Source: Octopus vulgaris (taxonomy: Eukaryota). Taken from it: a stretch of DNA of 64,000 bases. The position numbers and the translations under genes were made by a program. This document shows positions 14,548 to 27,070 of the stretch, piece by piece; position 1 is the stretch's first letter, and every line of letters begins with the position of its first letter. The notes beneath the pieces are model-generated. The model ran no database searches, had not been told where the DNA came from, and saw only the letters and a list, made by a program, of their open reading frames with translations. Location: positions 48,050,001-48,114,000 of the forward strand of contig OX597820.1 of assembly GCA_951406725.2 (NCBI GenBank), in the 5' to 3' direction.

Positions 14548-15451
14548 CAGCAAAATCAAGGAACGGCCATAATAGGCCATTCACCCACTAGAAATAACAG
14601 CCAAAGCTTCAACCTCAAAACAACATCAATTCCGCAAACCAGGAGAAAGGTTAGTTTACCATTAAACAATAGATGAAACAGTGCATCGTATAAGGAACTA
14701 CAGGGTAAATGTTTTTTTAATTTTCTCCTGGTTTGCGGAATTGATGTTGTTTTGCGGTTGAAGCTTTGGCTGTTATTTCTAGTGGGTGAATGGCCTATTA
14801 TGGCCGTTCCTTGATTTTGCTGTTGAATTTACAAATGGTCTATGACTATTTAATTTTTTCCCACTAGGCCGCTGGTGGCAAGAAAATTCTACGAAATTTT
14901 TGCCACCCTATATTGATTAATTATGAATTTTCTGGTTAATTCAACCAGAAAATTCATAATTAATCAATATAGGGTGGCAAAAAATTGGAATCGGCGTAAT
15001 GGAATCGGCGGCTTATATTTGCTGCCGATAAATTTGGCGCGAGTGCGATGATTTGAAAATTTTAGGTCAGATATTGCCGAGGCAGTGATAGAAGTGCCTC
15101 GTGTAAATATCTGCTCCGATCTGGCTGTTCTTACTGACGAATCTATCGGCCTATGGAAGACTGGCTTGATTTAATTTAATCAGGTTAGTTTACCATTAAA
15201 CAATAGATGAAACGGTGCATCGTATAAGGAACTACAGGGTAAATGTTTTTTTAATTTTCTCCTGGTTTGCGGAATTGATGTTGTTTTGCGGTTGAAGCTT
15301 TGGCTGTTATTTCTAGTAGGTGAATGGCCTATTATGGCCGTTCCTTGATTTTGCTGTTGAATTTACAAATGGTCTATGACTATTTAATTTTTTCCCACTA
15401 GGCCGCTGGTGGCAAAAAAATTCTACGAAATTTTTTGCCACCCTATATTGA

Positions 15452-15459
<8 letters not shown>
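14547..15459 (+). mobile_element. Penelope-type/retrozyme-like element: inverted 5' segment plus tandem ~277-bp direct repeats carrying a hammerhead
   Basis: 14648-14924 is approximately 15182-15459 (near-identical direct repeat). 14547-14648 is the reverse complement of 14721-14824. A perfect 41-bp hairpin lies at 14897-14983, and both flanks are (TA)n. Confidence 0.8.
15128..15230 (+). ncRNA. Type I hammerhead ribozyme with extended stem II loop
   Basis: Stem I TTCTTA(15128-33)/TAAGGA(15225-30); core CTGACGA 15134-40; stem II ATCTAT(15141-46)/ATAGAT(15203-08); GAAA 15209-12; near-palindromic stem III ACGGTGCATCGT; cleavage triplet GTA 15222-24. Confidence 0.8.
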
Positions 15460-15509
<50 letters not shown>

Positions 15510-15517
15510 CATACATA

Positions 15518-15830
15518 TACTGCACGACTTATTAACTATACATGTCCAGACAGGTATATATATATATATATATCTGAACATATATAGTTAATAAATCGTG
15601 CAGTATACAATGCACCCGGTAGTTTGCCGGTAAAGCAAGTTCACTGGCTCAGCGTTCGTTGGGTATGTAATTAATAAGAGAGTCAGTCGACGGAAGATAA
15701 GAACCTTTATTGCTCACCACAATCGTTTCGACCATCCTAGCACCGATCCCTCGCGGTGGTTATGCTGCAAAACTGGTTTAGGTGTATACCTCGGTGTATA
15801 TGTGTTTCCTCAGATGATTTCATGAGGTAT
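15518..15830 (-). mobile_element. Penelope-type pseudo-LTR with degenerate hammerhead and short inversion
   Basis: Minus strand reads ATCAT-CTGAGGA...GGTC-GAAA-CGATT-GTGGT followed by AATAAA. 15519-15540 is inverted relative to 15582-15605. Confidence 0.5.
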
Positions 15831-16221
15831 CTCGTTAAAGTAAACTCTGTTACAACTTATTACTGCATGTTTTCTTCTTGGACTTCATTCTTATAGAAGA
15901 TGACTAACAAAATGAGCTACAAAATGAAACAAGTTCTCAGTAAAACAAAAAAAATTATATATTTTATATACGTATAAGTATATATATATATGTATGTGTG
16001 TGTGTTTGTATGTGTTTGCCTGTGTGTTCATACACACGCATACACACACTCACACGTATGTATTTAAGAAACACACATGAACAAGTTTACAATGTATATT
16101 AAAATTGAGTTCTGGGACAAATGCCATAGAGGTAAATCAATAATCATGTTTGCATAGACGAAAGAGTTGAAATCAGTACCTAAGTCTCTTTCAAAGCATT
16201 CCTAGCCGTTGTACTTGTTAC

Positions 16222-16276
<55 letters not shown>

Positions 16277-16375
16277 TGAAGATGATGATGATGACGACGA
16301 TAATGATAATGATAACGATGCTAATGATGATGATGATGATGATGACGACGACCGTGGCGGCAATGACAATGATGA
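16222..16375 (+). repeat. (GAT)n/(GAC)n trinucleotide microsatellite
   Basis: Direct observation; source of poly-M/poly-D ORFs. Confidence 0.95.
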
Positions 16376-16574
16376 CAAGAAATCTGGAGAATATAGGAAA
16401 GCTGTAGGTGATTTGGGAATTCCAAACGCATAGCAATACCAAGTAATTAGTATGCATTTTTGAAACGAAACACAATACATATAATAGAATGTGAAGCAAA
16501 GTCGGTTGCATCAGAATGGTCAAGAAAGGAATGGGGAGTACGCAGTTCAAGAATGTCTGATAGGTTGTAATATG

Positions 16575-16750
16575 CGTCTGCCGTTACGTTCTGAGTTCAA
16601 ATTCCACCAATGTCGACTTTGCCTTTCATCCGTTCGGGTTCGATTAAATAAGTACCAGTTACGCACTGGTTCGATGAAATCGACTTAATCTCTTTGTCTG
16701 TTCTTGTTTGTCCCCTCTATGCTTAGCCCCCTGTGGGCAATAAAGAAATA
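16575..16750 (+). mobile_element. SINE family B, 5'-truncated
   Basis: CGTCTGCCGTTACGTTCTGAGTTCAAATTCC...GTACCAGTTACGCACTGG matches 22101-22333. Confidence 0.8.
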
Positions 16751-18584
16751 AATATGCGTTAAAATACCGAGTCCTCAATAGACTACTTGTATTAAGACGT
16801 TGGTGTAGGAAAATTTGTTTATTGATTTTCATTCGTTGAGATGTACTCAAGATTATTCGTCTGTAGGACCAGCACAATTGCAAGCATTTATGTAATACTC
16901 TAATGTAGGAGTGTATTTGTGCTTTAAGAAATGGACAAAACTGGTTCTGAAAATGAGAGTTTATCTGATTATATTGCTGATACAGTGATAGAACAAAATT
17001 ACATAAACAGCTTATCAATTCAATCATTCATTCATCTATTCATCCCTTTATGGTATCTCTAGTGCCTATAGTAATCGGCCTGAGCTCCTATAGATTATAT
17101 AAGCAGGCATTTGTGATATAATGTGAAATATCCACAAGCCTCATCATAATGTCAAATATCCACAAGCCTCATCCAGAAGCGGTCATCTGCAGATCAGAAA
17201 GTCCGTCGAGTTCTGCCACTAAATGTTCTGTGGTCTCTGATAGTACCCTTGACTTATCAGAATCTTGTTAATCGCTGTTTTCACGTTATCTTTATTACTA
17301 AACCCTATAAACCTGCACACAAGAATTACCATAGGGCAGTCAGTCATTCGGATCCGGTGAACACATAACACATGATATTGCGGGAAAGCGAAAGCTTAAA
17401 TAACTCTAGACACTCCTGTTCAGAGGGTTTTAGCAGAATTATTCTGAGGTTCATTAAAAGAGTATGTGAAACCATTGCTAGGACTCAATGTATTTTATAA
17501 ACATCAGATATAGTAGCTAAATAAACTTAGCCGAGAGGACAGCAACGATAAATCTAATACTCTGTAGTAACAAGGTTAATTCCACAAAAGTAAAGAGAAA
17601 CCATGTCGATTACATTGATCTCAGGACCCAATTAGTACACATTTACTTCGATCAGGAAATATATAAGATAAAGGTGACTCTACTTGGATTTCAATTCTTA
17701 ACAGATAGGGATGCGACTAAATACTGCAAAGTTATCTGATCACAGATTTATCGATTTTACAGCACACAACACGTTTACTCTGGTATTGAGCAAAAGTAAT
17801 AATTTGTAACTTAGACAAGTAGTATTTGATGGTATTTGTTTTGTTGACTACAGTAATATGAAAAGTAGTCGAACCCAACGGGGCTTTATAACTGAGCGTA
17901 AAGGGAGTTAAATAAATACCTGCTGGTAATTTATTTAGCACTACTGATCCTGTCGAACATAACATTATCGAATTCAGGATTTCACATAAAATAATAAAAC
18001 TGAAAACATTTGTGTTTCCCTTCTACCTTTCTAAAGTAGTCATGAGGATTTTGTCCTTTCCGGCTATCTACTTTAGCTCCAAGAATCTTTAAACCTCTTC
18101 TCCTTATAATCCTGAAGCCATCACAAAATAATTTTTAAAAATATTAGCTTTTTACTTTTTTAGCACACAGTATTACCACTCATATTCACTTCTCATAAAA
18201 CTTGCTAGAAGGATTATCAAATTTTATGAGTTTAATTTCAAATTCCAATGAAACTTTCGGCTAAAGGTTATATTAAAGGTGATGGTTTCTATTCTGAAGT
18301 ACTTTCAGCGTCTCTCACGTATAACCTTATGGCACAATTATAAATAAGAGCTTCAGATTGGATGTGCTTACTTCTCGTAAATACAAGTAAAGCCTCTGCA
18401 AACGTACAATATCTCTATAGGAGGTGACCAAAGAAAACCGGTTGGTTGGAATGCCATTGATCCTAAGCCTGGTGGACCACGGCAACGATTAGATTATCAT
18501 CGACACTTTTACCATTACCTCCTACTTCCCCTTCTTTCTCACCTTTCAATCAACATTATTAATATCCCTCACTCCTGCGCTTCT

Positions 18585-20030
18585 TTATCTTCTTCTTCTT
18601 CTTCTTCTTCTTCTTCTTCTTCTTCTTCTTCTTCTTCTCTCTCCTCCTCCTCCACTTCCTCCACCCCCTCCACACCATCATGTAGTCTTCATTGTCATCA
18701 TCAACAACACTACTTCTAATGTTTAAGTAAGAAAACACTGTTACCACTACCACACTACTAGTGAAGACTACTACCAACATATAAAACCCGCGACATCACT
18801 AATACCATAACAATCCACAGTCATCAAATGTATGCTACAAGTATTACTACCACTGTAACAACACCACTAACACTACTACAGCTTTATATCCACCACAATA
18901 ACCAGTGAAGTAACAGCAAAATTCACTATAACATCCAATAGTATCAACTATGTCGTCATCATAGTCACAACCACCAAAACTATCTCCTAAACGTAACATA
19001 AACAGACTGACCAGCACCATCACCGCCTCCACTATCATCACATTCGCCATCATTGCCGTGACCATTAACAACACTACTACCAAAGTATCTCTCAAGAGCT
19101 ACTAAAGCAACAACTAACACAACAATTAGCATTGCTGATAATCCGTTCTTATTATATGTACGAGGTTTGAAATTTTGGAGGAGGTGGGTAGGTGTGGGGG
19201 GAGAGAGAGGTTTATCGATTATAATAACCCCAGTGCTCAACTTGGTACTTATTTTATCGAATGAGAGGCAAAATCGATCACGGCGTAATTTTGAACTTAG
19301 AAATGTAAAGACGGACGAAACGCAGCTAAATATATTGTCCGGTGTGATAATGATTCCACCAACTGTTTACATTCAGCATCGCCAGTAATGCAATCAATGT
19401 AAAGACGGACGCCAGTAATGTAAAGACGGACGAAACGCAGCTAAATATATTGTCCGGTATGATAATGATTCCACCAGCTGGCTACTTTCAGCATCACCAA
19501 TACTGCAATCAATTGCCCACTGCGACCAACATAACTACTTTGAGTATGATCACCACCAACACCACCAATACCAGGACGACGACGACCACCATGACCATCC
19601 CAACGACGACTACCTCTACCATCACAATCATCACCAAAAACCTCGACGACCACCACCGCCGATACCAAGATCTTTTTACGACTACCAGGATATCTAGTGC
19701 CAAAACACTATCACTATCACTTACAGCAATCCCATCACCTATACAAAAATCACAATCTTCGTTAACGACTATCATCGCTGCGTCCTTCAATACCACCAAT
19801 AAAGCGTAAACGCAACTAACTACGACTTATTGCCCAGAACATAATCAACATCATCACCACCAATAAATTCAAGACCAACATCAATACAAATCTGACACCA
19901 TTAACACGGCAACACCTAAAATCACAGGCGACGACTATTATAGACAACACCACAACCGGCACTCTCATCACCACGACCACCACGACTATTTAATCATCCC
20001 CACCAATCTCACTATTAACACAGCCACCGA
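18585..20030. repeat. Low-complexity tract: (CTT)n plus degenerate CAC/CAA/ACT triplet repeats, with a minus-strand SINE B remnant (about 19200-19345)
   Basis: Direct observation; produces Thr-rich and Val-rich spurious ORFs. Confidence 0.8.
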
Positions 20031-20333
20031 AAGAAACCCCATTCTCTCTCTCTCTCTCTGACACTTTTTTATCTCTATTTCTCTCTCCCTCTCTCTCTCT
20101 CTCTACCATCATAGCCATTGTCATCGAGACATTTTACAAAACGTATTTAGTACAGAAGATATTTAAGCTAAAAGTGTGGAATAGATGCTAACAGTTGGTG
20201 TGAAATAATGAAATATACATTATCACCTGACATCTGTTTACGTGTGTGTGTGTGTGTGTGAGGGACTGTGAGTCTCTGTCTGTCAGCTTGCGTGTCTGTC
20301 TGCCTCTCTCGCCCAATATGTGTGTGTACGCGC

Positions 20334-20378
<45 letters not shown>

Positions 20379-20474
20379 AACACACATATATATGTACACG
20401 CATATATATATATATATATATATACGATATACGTATGTATATATGTATATATATATATATATATGTGATATATA

Positions 20475-20520
<46 letters not shown>

Positions 20521-21193
20521 CATATATATATACATATACATATATATAGATACAGACATATATATCGTTTATATATATATACATACATCCAAACATACAT
20601 ATATGCCTGTCTACACACATATATAAATTTCAGTGTGTATGTGTGTGCGTCTGTATGTGTGTGTATGTGTATGAGTGCGTTTTGTTAACATTATATGTGT
20701 GTGAGGAGGATAAATGTAAATCATTTTGACGCCACATTAAGGAAACAGTTCAGCTCGCTGAAACAAAGCACATACACACACACACACGCGCATACACAAA
20801 CATACACACACGCATACGCTCCCACACGCACAGACACACACACGCGTATATGTAATAAAAAAATCACATATAAACAAAAAATACTTGAGCATATTTTAAA
20901 TAAAATCATATAAAAAAATATATATAAATATCTGAAGAAACTTAGAAATGAAAATTAAAAAAAAAAAAACTCAAGCAACCAAGCGGAAGTGACGCATTTC
21001 CATATATTTCAACGGCGGAAACGCAAGTGCTATCTGTTTAATATTCCATTAGGTGGCCAAGAATCCTACGTGTATAGAAACACTAAGGTACTGAGGGATG
21101 GATAAAAACACACAACCAAACACACATACGCATATATACTGAGAGACACACACATCTACACACACAAAGAAAAATATATACATGCATACATAT

Positions 21194-21262
<69 letters not shown>

Positions 21263-22010
21263 TTTTTGATATATATATATATATATGTATGTATGTATTT
21301 GATATATATATATATATATTTATATACCACAAGCACTTCCGTGTCAGATACGATTTGATTGTATGAACAATTATGGGCGAATTTGTTTATGAAAATTATA
21401 ACAAGTCTATTTGTAAAGCAATAAAAAACGTAGACGTAATATTATAGATGCTCGTGTGAAGATTGGCGTCTAGAGGGCCATAAAACGGAACCAAATTCAC
21501 TGAGATTTGTTGGGGTTCTGATCTTATTTGTTAATGATTTTGCTAAATAGACAAAGCGAATGCTCTTTTCGGGTGCTTCAGGGTGACAACAGAACATTTG
21601 TCTGATGGTTAATATTTATATATTATATTAAATTTATATTATATCCGCGTAGTCAGTATTTTATGTATACTATTTATTTTATTTTGTGGTTTATATTTAC
21701 ATATGAATATATGCATTCCAGATTCTGTTTGACGGTATTTGTATTCATGTGTATATAATATATATATATGTGTGTGTGTCTGTGTGTCTGTGTGTGTGTG
21801 TTTGTGTTTGTGTGTGTGTGTGCGTGTATGTTTGTGAATGTGTATGCGTGTCTGTATAGAAAATGTAATATGTGAAAGGGGGCTAGGAATTGAGTTTAGG
21901 AATTGGAGATAAAAATGGAAGAGAATGGACAATGTACAGCATTTCTCATCATCCGTTACCCTTCCTCACCCCTCACTTTCTCCCTCTGTCTCTTCTCGCT
22001 CCCTGTGTAC

Positions 22011-22081
<71 letters not shown>

Positions 22082-22100
22082 CTATATATATATATATATA

Positions 22101-22329
22101 TAAGGCGGCGAGCTGGCAGAAACGTTAGCACGCCGGGCGAAATGCGTAGCCGTATTTCGTCTGCCGTTACGTTCTGAGTTCAAATTCCGCCGAGGTCGAC
22201 TTTGCCTTTCATCCTTTCGGGGTCGATAAATTAAGTACCAGTTACGCACTGGAGTCGATGTAATCGACTTAATCCGTTTGTCTGTCCTTGTTTATCCCCT
22301 CTGTGTTTAGCCCCTTGTGGGTAGTAAAG

Positions 22330-22333
<4 letters not shown>
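22101..22333 (+). mobile_element. SINE family B, full-length young copy between (TA)n tracts
   Basis: TAAGGCGGCGAGCTGGCAGAAACGTTAGCACG...CCCCTTGTGGGTAGTAAAGAAATA; B-box-like GAGTTCAAATTCC. Confidence 0.9.
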
Positions 22334-22408
<75 letters not shown>

Positions 22409-23279
22409 AATATATATATATATATATGTATGTGTACATACATAAATACATTCATACACACATATATTCATGTGCACATGTACACTCGCACACATGCATA
22501 CACTCACATATATTCACAAATATAAGGGGACAAAAGACGAACATGCACATCTGTATGGTATTGTATGACATACAGCACGTAAAAAAATATGTAACATAAA
22601 TATAGCTATAAATTTATTTGGCGAAATATTTTTATGGTTACATTTATATTGCATCATTTATAATGTGTGTATAATATATTACATATATGCGCATGTCCAT
22701 CGTTTGTCCCATTATCTCGAGCAATACATTTCCTATATGCATTTCGCGCTCCAAAGTATTCCTTCTATACTAGTTTGGAGTTTTGTTTTTAGGAATTTGG
22801 ACTACTCTGAGTAATAATCAGGTTTACGTATACTATGTACTTACTGTAGTGTTTTCTTACCAATTGTACACACACGCTTACATAGACATATACACTCTCA
22901 TGTGTATTGACACATACACAAACACACAGAGTATAAGTTTGTATTTATATAAGGAAGAGGTGACAAATATATTTCCCAAAAGGGCATTTAAATAATGGTA
23001 TATGTATGAGAGAAATTACTTATGAAAAACTATGTAGAATTGGTAGACAATGCAAGAAGAAGTATACTTGCATAAGTGAATAGACAAGATTGCCAAAAGT
23101 ATGGAGGCTGACGAGAGCAGAATGTGTCAGAAATGCGTGTCTGTGTATGCATATAATTTACACAAAGAGATATGTCTATACACACACACATATACAGAGA
23201 GGTAGATAGATAAATAGATGCGTTACATATATGTGTGTGTGTGTGTGTGTGCATACACACGCACACAGACATATACATA

Positions 23280-23425
23280 TAGGCGCAGGTGTAGTTGTGT
23301 GGAAAGTAGCTTGCTTACAGCCAGATGGTTCCGGGTCCCTTCCCAATGCGTTGCACCTTGGGCAAGTGCCTTCTATTATAATAGCCTGTAGATTTGGTGA
23401 ACGGAAAATGAAAGACGTTCGTAGT
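23280..23425 (+). mobile_element. SINE family A, 5' half
   Basis: AGGCGCAGGTGTAGTTGTGTGGAAAGTAGCTTGC...GGAAAATGAAAGA, then (TA)n. Confidence 0.75.
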
Positions 23426-23437
23426 GTGTGTGTATAT

Positions 23438-23475
<38 letters not shown>

Positions 23476-23516
23476 GCATATTTATACATGTATATGTATA
23501 TATGTATACATCTATG

Positions 23517-23634
<118 letters not shown>

Positions 23635-23681
23635 TGGATATTTATATATATATAGGTATGTATATATATATATATATACAT

Positions 23682-23722
<41 letters not shown>

Positions 23723-23934
23723 CACATTGGGAGTTAGAGATGTATTTTGAATTAGATACAAAGGTAGGAAGGAAAAATACAGCGCATGGGGAATGGATGT
23801 GAGAAACAATTGTTGAGTGGTAGGTGGGTGCGAGTGAAAACATCAAAGGCAGAATCTCTGAATCTTTGAAGGATGAAAATAAATGTTAGCTATTACAGTA
23901 CTACACTTGACTGTCAATGCATTCCCTTGATCTC

Positions 23935-24130
23935 TAATTAATAGCATCCATTTCTGTACTCCCCCCCCCCCACTCACCATCCTAGACCACTTCGAAAAGA
24001 AAGTCATCCGGTTGATTGGCGAAGCCTGACTCACCAACAGTCTACAACCCATAGACCCCCAGACGCAATGTCTCCTCACTCTTGTCTTTATTATATTTAC
24101 TATAACGTCTTCTATACATCGGAAACTTGG
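23935..24130 (+). mobile_element. LINE RT C-terminal fragment (CR1/L2/Jockey group)
   Basis: LTILDHFEKKVIRLIGEA*LTNSLQPI..RRNVSSL resembles LDRIQxRAxRLI...LQPLxHRRxVxSL. Confidence 0.6.
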
Positions 24131-24455
24131 AAACTAGTTCAGTAGCATGCTATCTCCATTAAAGACACTACAAATACCTGTTTTTCTTTTTCCTTTTCAT
24201 TTCTTTCTTTCTCCGTTTTCCTTCTTTCTTTTCTTTTTTTTTTTCTTCTGCTTGTTCATTCGCATACCACCTGTTCTGTGTCCTCCAGCTACGAAACTCC
24301 TACACAAATCTGTGTCCTTCACCACCATGCTTATAGTCCATAGAATTCTCTTGCGAGTAACATTTTCTCGACACTTTTCCGCAGTTAGGGACAGATGTTG
24401 ACATACTTATAAGTATAGCTACTTCCAGTTGTCTAACTTGTAAAATATCCTAGTG

Positions 24456-24541
<86 letters not shown>

Positions 24542-25499
24542 TATTTATTATAAGTTCTCGTGTGCATCTATACAGTTAAGAGTAACACGACAGGTGCATA
24601 TTAATGATACCAGTAAAGTTAGTATTGAATATAATTGAAAGATTAGAAAATAATTCTAGCAAATAAATAAATATATACATAACCCCACCAAAAATCCCCC
24701 ATTATACATACATACTTTATTTGAACAGAGATTATCTGATGCCTATTAAATTCTGTTCGTAAAAGTGAATTTTTCTAGAGATATTTGTCAACAATTATGT
24801 CACTAGATATGTATACATCTCTTTAGATCAACTTCTGTTTACAATGCAGGCGTGTCTGTTGCAGTAAAGAGTTATCTTCCCAACCATACGGTTCCAGTTT
24901 CAGTCCTACAGGTATAAGTAATATAATCCTTGGAACGAGACATAGGTATAGCAAACGTATTGCATGAGTTTGTGGTAAAGGGATACGAAGGACACACACA
25001 CATAAATATATAACTTATTATATGATTTATATCATTAATAAATCATATAAAACAGTATATAGATGTACATGGCCATTTTCTCCCTTTACACCCCCCCACA
25101 CAGATATGCACACACAACGCACGCACACACACAGACATATACACACATATATGTGTGTGTGTCTGTATAGCTGTATGCATGTAGGTGTGTAACTATGTGT
25201 GTGGGTATGTAGGTATAGGTGTCTTTGTGCATCTATTTGTCCCCTACAACCTCCACTTGGCAACTGATGTTGGCTTGTTTACTCCCCAGTAAGCTATCTT
25301 TTCAGCAAAAGAGACCGATAGGATAAGTACCAGGTTACCAGGCTTTAAAATTAATACAAGTATCGATTTGTTCTACCAAATTCTTCAAACCGGGCCACCA
25401 GCATGGCCGCAGTCAAAGGCCTGAAACAAGTAAGAGATGAAAGATACGTATTAGCCATGCGTAGGCAGTGCTTATTGAAACGAAAAAATCCATTCATTA

Positions 25500-25870
25500 T
25501 TAAATATAAAGAATAGACAGTCGCATATCATATATATATGGAGACCCTTGGATCTAAATTATGCCTGAAGGAAAACCAATTCCCGAAATAGAAGCTACCA
25601 CATAACACAAAATATGAAAAGGCAAAATTTTGAAGGGCTAAACATTTCCAATTCTATGCCAAAAATGTCAGTGCTATAAGGGGTGTAGATAAGGATGTCT
25701 TCAAAGGATCAATAAGACAATATTTAAACAGATGAACCCATATCACGGCAGGGTAAGGAAAGGGAGGCGGTTTTGTCTTAGTGATTTATAAAATCCAAAC
25801 TCCAAGAGTAAACAGTTACAGTGGATTAAACTTTTATTGAGGGGCCTCAGAATCACCACTGGCTGAAATA
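25500..25870 (+). mobile_element. CR1/L2-group LINE 3' end remnant
   Basis: Frame-broken motifs IIYIW, FEG..F.FYAKNV..I.GVDKDVFK and TDEP resemble the IIYIWK...GPxLFNxLP..IR.I.GV...FK..LD..L...PDEP tail. Ends in an A-rich tail at about 25870. Confidence 0.5.
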
Positions 25871-26212
25871 AATAAAAAAAAACTAAGTCAAGTAAATAAT
25901 TTTCACTTAATTACACAAACAAAATTCTAAATTTACGTACAAAAGGCAATGTAAATCTGAAGGAAGTGTTAATAGTTCCATGTATATTATCTATACGTGT
26001 ACATAGATATATGAACACGCACACAAACACACACATATAACACACAGGGTGATTGAAAAGTAACTCCTTATTTTAAAATACTTATAAATCATTTATTGAT
26101 TGTAATTTTCACAAAAAAATATGAGAAGAAAACTTTTAATATGAGATTTTATTTATACTTCAAAAACAAAAAATAATCAGAAAAAATTACAAATAATAAA
26201 TAATTTATAATT

Positions 26213-26269
<57 letters not shown>

Positions 26270-26277
26270 TATATAAA

Positions 26278-26317
<40 letters not shown>

Positions 26318-26324
<7 letters not shown>

Positions 26325-26940
26325 GTTTTAAATCTGAGTGAGGGATATATGGTAACAGTACCAAATAGTAATGTTTATATGCCAATAGGATGTCGGGGTC
26401 CTATAAAGGACGATGTTACAGTTGTTATAGCCCCAGGAAAAATATTTTTCAGCAAGCTAACGACACACAGTTTGTGTTCGTATATTATTCCCAAGAGAGA
26501 TCATCATTCTCATCTCTAGCCTTACATGATACTCACAGACCCAAGGTTTCTACACTCGAAAATGCTATATATTTTTTAAGCGACACAATCGCTGATCTCT
26601 TATATCTCTCACTCAGAGATTTAAAAGAAGTTATTTTTCTCTATACGAGATGAGTGACTATGCGTCACTTTAAAATTATTTAGCATTTGTGAGTGGAGAC
26701 AGTTTTTTGTCACTAGCCTGTGGTTATATCACACAGAGAACAGGTTATAACTTAGAAACCCGGGTCTGTGAGTATCATGTAAGTCTAGAGATGGGAGCGA
26801 TGACCACCCTTCTGAATGCTATACGGACACAAACTGTGTGTCGATTGCCAGCTGGATAAGAAGTTCTTCATGGGGTATAACGACAGTAACATCGTCCCTT
26901 ATGGGACTGCCACATTCTGTTGGCATATAAACATTACTAT
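26318..26940. mobile_element. Penelope-type inverted pseudo-LTR complex with degenerate hammerhead (26729-26771, +)
   Basis: About 180-bp diverged inverted arms at 26365-26552 and 26752-26940, with an inner inversion. TCACA-CAGAGAA-CAGGTTATAACTTA-GAAA-CCCGG-GTC-TGTGA is a hammerhead layout with a mutated CTGANGA. Confidence 0.6.
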
Positions 26941-27070
26941 ATATATATATATATATATAGGCATATATGCATACGTATATGTACACACATCTATACGTAT
27001 ATATATGCATATGTGTACACAGGACTCCATGAAACGTGTACAACAAAAATGTACGAAGCACGAGAACATG

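Noticed and set aside
16370-16500. Possible second R4-like 3' fragment after the (GAT)n tract (AVGDLGIPNA*)
   Set aside because: Similarity to RLE C-termini is too short and weak to support without a search.
17141-17174. Small tandem duplications (about 17121-17174; also 19301-19476, 56325-56361, 60142-60218)
   Set aside because: Ordinary slippage duplications with no further structure.
19450-19809. Thr-rich mucin-like ORF
   Set aside because: Part of a degenerate CAC/ACC triplet tract with stops in neighbouring segments, and it starts within a duplicated SINE remnant.
26044-26200. Lone CAGGGTG Tc1/mariner-like TIR start
   Set aside because: No partner TIR or transposase remnant was found, so there is too little to call.
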